DNA of 64,000 nucleotides, from the NCBI GenBank assembly GCA_963720545.1, contig OY970399.1, forward strand, positions 1,344,001 to 1,408,000, in the 5' to 3' direction. The translations under genes were made by a program, and so were the position numbers. Origin of the DNA: an uncultured Acidobacteriota bacterium. GTDB lineage: Bacteria > Acidobacteriota > Vicinamibacteria > Fen-336. Under the pieces are notes generated by a model, which worked only from the letters and a program-made list of their open reading frames with translations, did no database searches and was not told where the DNA came from. Below are positions 56,732 to 64,000 of this stretch, in pieces (the first letter of the stretch is position 1; each line of letters starts with the position of its first letter).

Positions 56732-59700
56732 TCAGTGGCGACACTCCCCAGGGCGCGTCTCGGTGTTGGTTGGGACGTAGCCGCCTGGAAGACGCTCGAA
56801 GAAGAGCTGCGGGCGCTTCTTTGGCGTGGCGCCGACTTCGTCCATGGTCGAGACGTCGTAGAGGTGGCCGTTCACCATCACGTGCGTGAGGCGGTCCGAC
56901 TGGCGGATGTCTTTCAGCACGTCGCCGTCGATGACGGCGAGGTCGGCGAGCTTGCCCGGCTCGAGCGAGCCGATGTCCTTGTCCATGCCGAGGTACTTTG
57001 CCGGGTTGAGCGTCGCCGAGCGCAGCGCCTCGAGCGGCGTCAGGCCGCCCTTCACCAGCATCCACATCTCCCAGTGCGTGCCGAGGCCCTCGCGCTGGCC
57101 GTGGGCGCCGGTATTTACGGGCACGCCGGCGTGCTGCAGCATGGCCGCGGTCTTCGCCACCTCGATGACGTTGAAGTCGCCTTCCGGCGCCGTCTCGCGG
57201 CGGATCGCGCGCGCGTCGAGGATGGTGCGCGGCACGTACTTGCTCAGGAGCGGGTGCTGCCAGACATCGGTGGTTGCGTAGAAGTAGTGCTCGCCGTCGA
57301 GGCCGCCGAAGGCCACGATCAGGGTCGGCGTGTAACCGACGCCGGTGCCTGACCAGAGCTGGCGGACGTCGTCGTAGAGCTTCGCCAGCGGGATCGCGTG
57401 CTCGATGCCGGTGTGCCCGTCAACCACCATGCTCATGTTCATCTGGAACAGCGAGCCGCCTTCCGGCACCACCATCATGTGCGTTTCGCGCGCGGCGGCA
57501 ATGATCTCCTGGCGCTGCTCGCGGCGCGGTTGGTTGTAGCTCTTCACCGAGATGGCGCCGGCGGCCTTCATCCGCTTGAGGTGCGCGAGCGCGTCGTCGT
57601 AGGAATCGATCTTCGCCGTGGACGCGGACTTGGCGCCGTAGAGGATGGTGCCCGTGGAAAAAATCCGCGGCGCCACCACCAGGCCGGCCTTCTGCATCTC
57701 GGCGTGGGTGAAGATCTCGCCGGTGTCGTTCGACGGATCGTGGACCGTGGTGACGCCGAACGCGAGCGAGGCCAGATCGACCCAGCTCTGCTGCGGGATG
57801 AAGCCGTCCTCCCCCATGCCGCCGTGCCAATGAGCGTCGATGAACCCGGGCACGATGGTCTTGCCCTTGAGGTCGACGATGGTCGCTCCCGCCGGCACGC
57901 TCACCGATGCCGACGGGCCGAGCGCCGCGATGCGGTTGCCGGTGACGACGACGGTGCCGTCCTCGATGACGTCGTCGCCGTGCATCGTCACGATGCGGGC
58001 GCCGCGCAGTGCGACGGTTGCCGCGGGCTTCGCGGCCTTCTCGCTGAAGCCGATGCGCAGCCCGTCCTCGCCCGGCTTCGGCAGCTCCTTCGGCGCGCCG
58101 TCTACGAAACTGAAGGCGTCCTGCAGCGAGCGCGAGAAGAGCTGGTCGCCGAGGACGAAATGCAGCTGCTTGCTGTCGCCCGACCAGTGCAGCGATTCAC
58201 CGGCGTTCGCCGACACGCGCGTCTGCGGCAGCGCGTCCGCCTCGGGCCCGACTTCCTGCGGCTTGCCGTAGGGCGCCATCGGCGTGACGTAGACGCGGAA
58301 CCCTTCGACGAACGCGAGCCACTTGCCGTCCGGCGACAGTGCAAACTCGGTGGCGCGTTCGCTCTTGGCCGCGGTCCGCTCTTCGCCGCCGTCGAGGTTC
58401 ATCGCGACGAGCGTCGCCGACAGGTCCACTTCGTTGTCTACGCTGGTGCGTGTCACGTAGACACGGTCGCCCGTGGCTGCGAACTGCGGCGCGGCGCCGT
58501 CGGCGGTGATCTTCTTCGGCGTGCCGCTGCCGTCGGTGGCGGTGCGGAAGATGCCGGTCTCGAGGCCGTGCCATGGAGACGTGAGGAAGCCGCCGCGAGC
58601 GCGCTGGTAGACAACCAGCTTGCCGTCGGGCGAGAAGCACGGCGAAAGGTACTTCCCCGGCTCCTTCGTCACCGTGGTCTCGCGGCCCGTCTTGACGTCG
58701 ATGCTGCGGATACTGCCGAGCGTTTCGTCGTTCCAGGCGACGAACACGACGCTCTTGCCGTCGCGCGACCATGCCGGAAAGAACTCGAAGCGGTCCGAAG
58801 CGGTGGTGAGGCGTTTGGGGGTGCCGTTTGGCAGCGCGCGCACATAGAGATGACCCATCGCCGAGTACAACACCTCGCCGCCCGACGGCGACACGCTCGC
58901 CCAGCGCAGCTGGTGCACGTCGAAGCTCTCGGGCGCCACGGGCGTCTCGAACCGCACCGCCTTGCGTACTTCGCGAGTGTCCTTCACGTGGAACACGATC
59001 TCGCGCGGTGCGCCGCCCTTCACCGGCACGCGCCACAGTTTGCCCTGGGCCCAGACCACGATCTCCTTGCTGTCCGGGGTGAACGCGAACGACGGGTAGA
59101 CGCCGTGGATCGCCCACGCCTCCTGCAGGTCGCGCTCGAGGCCGTCCCAGACCGGCTGCTCCTCGCCGCTCTTCAGGTCCTTGACGAAGAGGGTGCTGCG
59201 CATGCGCACGCGGCGCACGAACGCGAGCATGCTGCCGTCGCGCGACGGCACCGGACGCACCGCCCCGCCCGGACCGGTGACGAACGGCTCGATGGTGCCG
59301 TCCCGCGTGTCGAGGCGCTGGATGACGTAGATCTGGGCGTTCGAGTTCTTGTTGTACTGGAAGACCCGGCCTGGAGTGGTGTCCTGCGAAAAGTAGACGT
59401 AGCGGCCGTCAGGCGAGAACGCCGGTTCGCCGAGATCCTTCTGCCAGTTGGGCTTTTCGTTGAGGCGCACGCCCTTGCCGGTGATGCCGGCGTGGTACAG
59501 CCAGATCTCGCCGGAGCCGAGGCTGCGCGTGCCGGTGAAATGCTTGCGCACGGCGATGTACTCGCCGTTCGGATGCCAGGTCGGGTTGTTGACGAGGCGG
59601 AAGCTCTCGTTCGTCACCGCGCGCTGGTTCTTGCCGTCGCGGTCCATCACCCAGGCGTTGTCGCCGCCGCCCTGGTCGCTCATGTACGCGAGGCGCTTGC

Positions 59701-60010
59701 CGTCGGGCGAGAAGCGCGCCTGCATCTCCCAGGCGATCGAGTGCGTCAGCGCGGTCGCTTCGCCGCCCTCGATTGGCATCGTGTAGATGTCGCCCAGCAT
59801 GTCGAAGACCAGCGTCTTGCCGTCGGGGCTGACGTCGACGCTCATCCAGGTGCCGGTGCGGGTGTCGATCGCAACCGTGGTGGCCTCGCCCGGCGGCGCG
59901 TTCACGTCCCACTTCTTCGCCTTGTCGTCTTTGTCCTTCGCGGGGTCTTCCGCGTAGGCAACCACCAGGACCGAGGCGCCAAGCGCCGCCGCGACGAGAA
60001 ATGAGCGCAT
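56732..60010 (-). CDS. Secreted amidohydrolase with TolB-like (PD40) beta-propeller repeats
   Basis: Signal peptide; repeated SPDGK; PGFIDAHWH, SVKSY, GIEH, GAHGQ, GSLEPGKLADL. Confidence 0.9.
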   Translation of the reverse strand: MRSFLVAAALGASVLVVAYAEDPAKDKDDKAKKWDVNAPPGEATTVAIDTRTGTWMSVDVSPDGKTLVFDMLGDIYTMPIEGGEATALTHSIAWEMQARFSPDGKRLAYMSDQGGGDNAWVMDRDGKNQRAVTNESFRLVNNPTWHPNGEYIAVRKHFTGTRSLGSGEIWLYHAGITGKGVRLNEKPNWQKDLGEPAFSPDGRYVYFSQDTTPGRVFQYNKNSNAQIYVIQRLDTRDGTIEPFVTGPGGAVRPVPSRDGSMLAFVRRVRMRSTLFVKDLKSGEEQPVWDGLERDLQEAWAIHGVYPSFAFTPDSKEIVVWAQGKLWRVPVKGGAPREIVFHVKDTREVRKAVRFETPVAPESFDVHQLRWASVSPSGGEVLYSAMGHLYVRALPNGTPKRLTTASDRFEFFPAWSRDGKSVVFVAWNDETLGSIRSIDVKTGRETTVTKEPGKYLSPCFSPDGKLVVYQRARGGFLTSPWHGLETGIFRTATDGSGTPKKITADGAAPQFAATGDRVYVTRTSVDNEVDLSATLVAMNLDGGEERTAAKSERATEFALSPDGKWLAFVEGFRVYVTPMAPYGKPQEVGPEADALPQTRVSANAGESLHWSGDSKQLHFVLGDQLFSRSLQDAFSFVDGAPKELPKPGEDGLRIGFSEKAAKPAATVALRGARIVTMHGDDVIEDGTVVVTGNRIAALGPSASVSVPAGATIVDLKGKTIVPGFIDAHWHGGMGEDGFIPQQSWVDLASLAFGVTTVHDPSNDTGEIFTHAEMQKAGLVVAPRIFSTGTILYGAKSASTAKIDSYDDALAHLKRMKAAGAISVKSYNQPRREQRQEIIAAARETHMMVVPEGGSLFQMNMSMVVDGHTGIEHAIPLAKLYDDVRQLWSGTGVGYTPTLIVAFGGLDGEHYFYATTDVWQHPLLSKYVPRTILDARAIRRETAPEGDFNVIEVAKTAAMLQHAGVPVNTGAHGQREGLGTHWEMWMLVKGGLTPLEALRSATLNPAKYLGMDKDIGSLEPGKLADLAVIDGDVLKDIRQSDRLTHVMVNGHLYDVSTMDEVGATPKKRPQLFFERLPGGYVPTNTETRPGECRH

Positions 60011-60141
60011 AAGTGTCGTTGACCTCGCGGCGGATTCTACGGTGGCTGCCCCGCCAGGCTCCACGGGCCGATTCAGGGGGCTGGATTGCGTTCGCGCGGC
60101 CTGTTTGCGCCCCGGTTCACGGCGCGCCTTATACTTGCTTC

Positions 60142-61368
60142 ATGAGTGCCCGCGCCCGCCTGTTCGTCGCTTTCGTCTCCACCGGCCTCATCGGCTTCCT
60201 GCTTGCCGGCGCCGTTGCCGGCCGGGTCTTCGGTGACACCGCCTACGGCCAGCTCACGCTCTTCAATGAGGTGCTGCGCCACGTGCTCGACGGCTACGTG
60301 GACGCGCTGACGCCGGAACGGCTCGACAGCGCGATGGAAGCGGCCGACATGGGCCTGATGGACGCGCTCGACGGCGACACTGCCTACCTCGGGCCGGAAG
60401 ACTGGCGCGCCTACCGCGAGAAGAGCGCCGTGAGCGAGGCCGAAACCGGCATCGCGCTGGGCCGGCGCTTCGGCTTCCTGATGGTGATCGCCACCCGGCC
60501 TGGGTCGCCTGCCGACAAGGCCGGAGTGCGCGCCGGCGACTTCCTCAAGACGATCGACGACCGCCACACCCGCTCCATCAGCATCGCCGTCGGCGACCGC
60601 CTGCTGCGCGGGGCGCCCGGCTCCGAGGTGAAGCTGCGGGTGCTGCGCTCGCGCGCCGAGCCCATCGAATTCAGCATCGTGCGCGAGCGGCTGACCGCGA
60701 CCCCGGTGGAGCGCCGCGTGCTGGGCGAGGGCAACGGCTACATCCACGTGACCGACTTCGAGGGCGACGCGGCGCGCGAAATCCGCGATGCGGTCGAGTC
60801 GCTGAAGCGCGCCGGCATCCGCAACCTGGTGCTCGACCTGCGCGGCGCTTCGTTCGGGCCGCTCGAGCAGGGCTCGGCCGCGGCGCAGCTGTTCGTGCAG
60901 AGCGGTGTGGTCGCGCGCCTCGCGCCCCGCTCGGGCGCCGAGCAGACGACGAGCGCCGACCCCGCAAAGGTCGCCTGGGAAGGCCCGCTCGTGACTCTCG
61001 TGAACGGCGGCACGTCCGGACCGGGCGAAGTGCTCACCGCGGCGCTCGCCGATTCGGGCCGGTCGTCCACGGTGGGACAGAAGACCTTCGGCCGCGTCGG
61101 TGTGCAGCGCGACTCGCCGCTCGACGACGGCGGCCTCATCGTCACCGTCAGCCGCTACATTTCGCCGAAGGGCACGGCCATCCACGGCAAGGGCATCGAG
61201 CCCTCGGTGGTGGTGGCGCTCGCCGCGCCGGGTTCGCTCGCGACCAGCGACGATGACGATGACGAAGCGCCCGAGGCCGAGAAGCCGGGCCCGCAACCGA
61301 ACACCGACCCGGTGCTCGACAAGGCGCTCGAGGTCCTGAAAACCGGAGTCGTGAAGAAAGCGGCCTGA
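60142..61368 (+). CDS. S41 (CtpA-like) PDZ protein with degenerate catalytic residues
   Basis: PDZ GSPADKAGVRAGD; LVLDLRG; VNGGTSGPGE and TFGRVGVQ in place of SASASE and TFGKG; IHGKGIEP. Confidence 0.8.
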   Translation: MSARARLFVAFVSTGLIGFLLAGAVAGRVFGDTAYGQLTLFNEVLRHVLDGYVDALTPERLDSAMEAADMGLMDALDGDTAYLGPEDWRAYREKSAVSEAETGIALGRRFGFLMVIATRPGSPADKAGVRAGDFLKTIDDRHTRSISIAVGDRLLRGAPGSEVKLRVLRSRAEPIEFSIVRERLTATPVERRVLGEGNGYIHVTDFEGDAAREIRDAVESLKRAGIRNLVLDLRGASFGPLEQGSAAAQLFVQSGVVARLAPRSGAEQTTSADPAKVAWEGPLVTLVNGGTSGPGEVLTAALADSGRSSTVGQKTFGRVGVQRDSPLDDGGLIVTVSRYISPKGTAIHGKGIEPSVVVALAAPGSLATSDDDDDEAPEAEKPGPQPNTDPVLDKALEVLKTGVVKKAA

Positions 61369-61583
61369 TCCCCTCGGCGCGGCGCCGCCGGGCCGTCATG
61401 CCACATTCGTTGCAGAGCGTGACTCGCGTCACACAAGCGTCGAAACCGCGGCGCGATACTCGCTCTCGACCAGCTGCAATCGTCGGCCCTCCCGGACTCG
61501 ATGATCGAGTAGCGAAAGCCGCCCCTCCCGCACGTACCGCTACAGAAGCGTACTCGCGTGCCGTTGCCGGAGAACGTTCGTAG

Positions 61584-62180
61584 ATGTTGCAGCGCATCAA
61601 GCAGAACATCGCCCAGTACGCGGCGATCGACGACTCGCAGTTCCACTACTTCTTCTCGCTCCTCAAGCACAAACACCTCGAAAAGCAGCGGCCGCTGCTG
61701 GTCGCCGGCGACGTGTGCTCGTTCGAGGGGTACGTCGAGGCCGGCTGCCTGCGCGTCTTCTGCACCGACAGCGCCGGCTCCGACCACGTGCTCGCGTTCG
61801 CCTCCGAAGACCAGTGGGTGGTGGACATCGACAGCTACAGCAGCCAGAAGCCGGCGCAGCTCGGCATCACGGCGCTCGAGAACACCAGTGTCTGGCTCAT
61901 CGACAAGGCCAGCAAGGAGCGCCTCTACGAACGCATACCGGCATTCGAGCGCGTGTTTCGCCTGATGGCGCAGGATGCGGTCGCGGCACTGCAGCAGCGC
62001 CTGCTCGCGAACATGCACCTCACGGCGGACCAGCGCTACCTCGAGTTTCGCGAAGCTTATCCCGGGCTCGAGAACCGCGTGCCGCAATACGAGATCGCGG
62101 CCTACCTCGGCATCTGCCCGGAATTTCTCAGCAAGATCCGCCGCAAGTTGATGGGGGGCACAGCGCCGGGAATTTCTTGA
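61584..62180 (+). CDS. Crp/Fnr family transcriptional regulator
   Basis: cNMP-binding-like N-terminal domain; 'TADQRYLEF...YP.L..RVPQY.IA.YLGI.PEFLSKIR' HTH. Confidence 0.9.
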   Translation: MLQRIKQNIAQYAAIDDSQFHYFFSLLKHKHLEKQRPLLVAGDVCSFEGYVEAGCLRVFCTDSAGSDHVLAFASEDQWVVDIDSYSSQKPAQLGITALENTSVWLIDKASKERLYERIPAFERVFRLMAQDAVAALQQRLLANMHLTADQRYLEFREAYPGLENRVPQYEIAAYLGICPEFLSKIRRKLMGGTAPGIS

Positions 62181-62190
62181 ACTACTTCAA
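62177..62190 (+). promoter_or_regulatory. FNR/Crp-type box TTGAA-N4-TTCAA upstream of the di-heme gene
   Basis: Perfect palindrome overlapping the regulator stop codon; TACTCT -10 at 62214-62219 places the box centre near -42. Confidence 0.65.
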
Positions 62191-62253
62191 TGCCGGGCGC
62201 GCAGTGAGCGGCCTACTCTGCCGCCACACCCAATCTGCCCCGGGGGACGCCCA

Positions 62254-63645
62254 ATGCAATTTCATCGATATTTCCGGATCGGCGGAGCCACGACCTTCGT
62301 GGCGATCGCCGTGCTCATCGCAGGCAGTTCGTCGTCCATCCAGTCCCAGAACCGCGACAACTCCAGGCGGGACGAAAGCCGCCGCCAGCGCTTCACGCCC
62401 GTGGGCGACGCCGAGCAGGAAGCCGAGCCCGTGGATGCGAGTTCCTTCGCGGCGCAACAGCCCGACCGCTTCGGCAAGGTACCCCTGCGTGAGGCGCTCA
62501 CCGGGTTCGACAGCCTGACGAACGGCTTCGACGAGCAGGGGCCGGACTACTCGACGCTCGAGGAAGACACCGTCGTGGCCGGCCGTTCGTTCAACGACAA
62601 CCGCTTCATCTTCGAGGAAGTGGAGCACCCGCAGGACGGCCTCGGCCCCACCTACAACGCGCAAAGCTGCGCCGAGTGCCACCAGAACGTGGCAACCGGC
62701 GGCGCCAGCCAGATCGCCGAGCACCGCACCGGCCGCATGGTCGACGGCCAGTTCTTCGAGTCGCAGGGCGGCTCGCTGATCCAGTCGCGCGCCACCCACC
62801 CAAACGTGATGGAGCTGGTGGCCTTCGAGGACGACATCCGCACCTTCCGCATCTCCACCAACACCCTGGGCGCCGGTTACGTCGAGGCGATTGCGAATTC
62901 GACCTTGCTCGACATCATGCGCCGCCAGCCGCCCGCCATGCGCGGCACCGCGGTGCGGGTGCCGGTGCTCGAGTCGAACGGCCGTTCGCGCGTCGGGCGC
63001 TTCGGCTGGAAGGACCAGCACGCGAGCCTCGAGTCGTTCGCCGCCGACGCCTACCTCAATGAAATGGGCGTCACTTCGCCGCTCTTCCCCGAGGAGAACT
63101 CCTCGAGCGGCCGCGACGTCGCCGCCTACGATCCGGTCGCCGATCCCGAAGACGACGGCGACGACCTCGAGGCGTTCGCGAACTTCATGCGCTCGACCAA
63201 GGCGCCGCCGCGCGGCACCATCACCGGCGCCGTGCGCGCGGGCGCCTTCCTGTTCGCGCAGGCGGGCTGCGACACCTGCCACGTTGCGGCGATCGCCACC
63301 GCGCCGCCGGGCACGCGCATCAACGGCGGCAAGCTGGTGGTGCGTCCGGCGGTCGGCAACAAGATCATCCACCCGTACAGCGACTTCCTGCTGCACGACA
63401 TCGGCACCGGCGACGGCATTCCCATCCAGCCGACCCCGGAGTTCGCCGGTACCGCGAGCCAGATCCGCACTGCGCCGCTGTGGGCGTTGCGCACGCGCAA
63501 CCGGCTGATGCACGACGGCCTGTCGTTCACCAAGCAGGAGGCGATCTCCCGCCACGCCGGACAGGCCACGAGGGTGCGGCAGCGCTACGACGCGCTGACG
63601 CCCGACCAGAAGCTCGCTGTGCTCGCGTTCCTCGACTCGCTCTAG
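62254..63645 (+). CDS. Secreted di-heme oxidoreductase (DHOR-like) family protein
   Basis: Signal peptide; GLGP.YN..SCAECH and GCDTCH heme motifs; GRFGWK, PYSDFLLHDIG, RTAPLW, MHDG. Confidence 0.85.
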   Translation: MQFHRYFRIGGATTFVAIAVLIAGSSSSIQSQNRDNSRRDESRRQRFTPVGDAEQEAEPVDASSFAAQQPDRFGKVPLREALTGFDSLTNGFDEQGPDYSTLEEDTVVAGRSFNDNRFIFEEVEHPQDGLGPTYNAQSCAECHQNVATGGASQIAEHRTGRMVDGQFFESQGGSLIQSRATHPNVMELVAFEDDIRTFRISTNTLGAGYVEAIANSTLLDIMRRQPPAMRGTAVRVPVLESNGRSRVGRFGWKDQHASLESFAADAYLNEMGVTSPLFPEENSSSGRDVAAYDPVADPEDDGDDLEAFANFMRSTKAPPRGTITGAVRAGAFLFAQAGCDTCHVAAIATAPPGTRINGGKLVVRPAVGNKIIHPYSDFLLHDIGTGDGIPIQPTPEFAGTASQIRTAPLWALRTRNRLMHDGLSFTKQEAISRHAGQATRVRQRYDALTPDQKLAVLAFLDSL

Positions 63646-63651
63646 CGGGCG

Positions 63652-64000
63652 CTAGCGAACCTCGAAGGGCGTCTCGCGGACGAGCTCCTCGCCCGCGACG
63701 GTGTCCTTGACGACGAGCCGGGCCGTATAGGTGCCCGGCTCGTAGGTCGCGAGCGATATCGGCCCGACCGCCGGGATCGGCGTCTCGTTCTCGTGGGTCT
63801 GCTCCGGCGCCTTGGCCTTGTCCTTGCCGTCGCGCACGATGCTGAAGCTCGCGGTGACCGCGCGCTTGCCGGTGTCCGCGGCCTTGGGGCCGTAGATGAT
63901 GGCGAGCAACTGGATCGAGTCGCCCTGCGCGAAGACGTTGCCCGCTTGCGGCACGAGTCGCGTGGTGCCGAGCGCGAACGCCGCGAGCGGATCCTGCGGG
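63652..64000 (-). CDS. C-terminal fragment of a hypothetical protein (Ig-like terminus of acidobacterial VWA/GWxTD-type proteins); starts outside the window
   Basis: 'ISLATYEPGTYTARLVVKDTVAG......PFEVR*'. Confidence 0.6.
   Translation of the reverse strand, partial: PQDPLAAFALGTTRLVPQAGNVFAQGDSIQLLAIIYGPKAADTGKRAVTASFSIVRDGKDKAKAPEQTHENETPIPAVGPISLATYEPGTYTARLVVKDTVAGEELVRETPFEVR

Noticed and set aside
61369..61583. Possible riboswitch/ncRNA upstream of the Crp/Fnr gene (short palindromes GTGAC-N4-GTCAC, CTCGAT-G-ATCGAG)
   Set aside because: No recognisable family consensus, and short palindromes are expected by chance at this GC content. An Rfam scan would be needed.

Overview
GC-rich bacterial chromosomal segment. 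The Acidobacteria-type VWA protein, Oar-like TonB-dependent receptor and RND adaptor suggest Acidobacteriota, which is an inference. It holds about 52 protein-coding genes, and I recognised no rRNA, tRNA or CRISPR array. Core genes include queG, lat, mqnD, hsp20-lon, ymdB, an NtrC-type regulator, xseA-xseB-ispA-tlyA-nadK, mltG and ruvX. These are mixed with many secreted hydrolases (matrixin, M2, M20, M61-like, S41-like, phospholipase C, amidohydrolase) and an actinobacterial Sdh1-type succinate dehydrogenase operon. The most unusual observations are: (i) a ~0.55 kb insert with two near-identical 26-bp palindromes directly in front of a frameshifted DUF6788-like Cys/His gene; (ii) a redoxin gene whose UGA 'stop' is followed by a SECIS-like hairpin, making it a candidate selenoprotein; (iii) an in-frame fusion of a GT-C-like membrane protein with a Gln116-type B3 metallo-beta-lactamase; (iv) a cytoplasmic Zn-finger/S8/CBM48 protease; (v) two peptidase homologues with altered catalytic motifs. 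All family calls come from motif recognition by eye, not from database searches.
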